Origin: Girardia tigrina | Lineage: Eukaryota | Length of the DNA stretch: 51,097 nt | Assembly: GCA_001938485.1 (NCBI GenBank) | Contig: MQRK01169514.1 | Location: forward strand, 1 to 51,097 | Direction: 5' to 3' | Notes under the pieces: generated by a model | What the model saw: only the letters and a program-made list of their open reading frames with translations | What the model was told of the DNA's origin: nothing | The model's database searches: none | Part shown: positions 50,039 through 51,097 of the stretch, piece by piece | Layout of the letters: every line of letters starts with the position of its first letter | How positions within the stretch are numbered: the first letter of the stretch is position 1 | Made by a program: the position numbers and the translations under genes

Positions 50039-50250
50039 CAAGCAAATCTTTTATAATCTGTCGAGTTTTGACCATTTCGACTGATGTCCATAGAACTGCT
50101 ATAAAACGTTCCTTGCGGTTGATGGTTCCAACTCTGATCGTATTTAGGCTGATCATTAGTGGAATATAAAAAGTCATTATATCCCACAACGCTGGCGCTT
50201 CTTTGGTGCCCATTGAAATGCGGCAGAGTTTTCGTACTCCAATTGCTCAT
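50039..50250 (-). CDS. Host gene, probable first coding exon (MSNWSTKTLP...YKRFA-W), phase-2 donor
   Basis: AAAC-ATG with an in-frame stop upstream; 212 nt open; donor tg|gtaaag; phase matches the exon at 22504. Confidence 0.6.
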
Positions 50251-50530
50251 GTTTTCGAAATCGTTTTCAAAAAGAAAAAATGAATAAAATCGATAGCATC
50301 AACGCCGATAAATCAATAATCAAAATCGTAATTGAAACATGCAATCGCCCGAAGTAAAGATGAGGAAACTGGGGGAAAATATATCTAAAGTTATTTGTGC
50401 ACATTAGCAAACACAAAACATACGTCGTCATGCACACGAGTCTGCACACCGAGGCACGCCCAGAATCCCCGCACACGAATATTCGGTCTTCTGGGGCCCA
50501 TGCGTCATTGCATAAAAATCCCAATTTTCC
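50251..50530 (-). promoter_or_regulatory. Probable 5' UTR/TSS region with a 39-nt intron (50423-50385)
   Basis: CpG/GC-rich patch; gtatgt...ctaat...tttag intron signals; lies just upstream of the ATG at 50250. Confidence 0.4.
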
Positions 50531-51050
50531 CAAATCAGATTATTTTTCAGTAATTTTGTGCCAATAAAACTTTACTATTAAGAATTCGTCATTCAGATGA
50601 AATTCGTTATTATATTTTGTTGGCGAATATTATTTTTTTTATTGGCCAAATGTTGAATTATTGACATTTGCATTTCCCTAGGGAGGCAATTTGTTTGATC
50701 GGATCATAAGTGCTGTGCGACTTTGAATAAGATGAAGAATACATTTTGCTACTTTTTACAACTTTTTTTGAAATATATATATTAACGAGACATGACTTTC
50801 TTTATGTAATATAAAATAATATTATTAATTATTATTATTAAATGCAATATGAATTATATCATTCGATTTTAAAAATTAATTATTAATCTCACAGGTTATT
50901 TGATGTCAATGAATGTAATTTAATTAAATTGAATATATATATATATATATATGTGTGTGTATATAATTTGATTAAAGCTTTTTTATATAATTATTGGACA
51001 TGTTTCGATGTTTACATACATCATCATCAGCAATTTTCGGATGTTTAGTA

Positions 51051-51097
51051 TTAGGTTGTTCGATATGAAACGGGTCAAACTTCACACCTTACATTTC
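51051..51097 (+). mobile_element. 5' end of a second copy of mariner A
   Basis: 46/47 identical to the reverse complement of 2213-2259; preceded by TA. Confidence 0.92.

Noticed and set aside
50267-50533. 88-aa ORF with a hydrophobic tail
   Set aside because: Reads through a probable 39-nt intron; better explained as 5' UTR, though a uORF is not excluded

Overview
AT-rich metazoan (non-prokaryotic) genomic DNA. A (TTAGGG)n array and a 28S rDNA fragment point to an invertebrate, possibly flatworm-like; the taxon is not established. Most of the window appears to be the introns of one minus-strand host gene that the ORF track does not resolve. It starts at a likely ATG at 50250 and has phase-compatible GT-AG exons at 50250-50039, 22504-22387, 20640-20506, 20453-20259, 8047-7838 and probably 7075-6981, encoding a Ser/Asn-rich, low-complexity N-terminus. 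The introns are filled with nested transposable elements: three young mariners (TA TSDs, assembly gaps inside) plus the end of a fourth copy just upstream of the gene, several mariner/Tc1/pogo relics, a DD41D-family element with DD46D spacing that carries a Gypsy 3' end, hAT, MULE and Chapaev3-like DNA transposons, two RTE-like LINEs, a Penelope element with a hammerhead ribozyme, Gypsy remnants with about six related LTRs, and two related non-autonomous Helitrons (one carrying a telomeric array, one with an inverted duplicated 3' end). There is also a cluster of 5' gene fragments (ELOVL, 28S rRNA, succinyl-CoA ligase beta) and decayed zinc-finger and LRR fragments. Family assignments come from recalled motifs and manual translation, not from database searches. 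No CRISPR array or prokaryotic system is seen.
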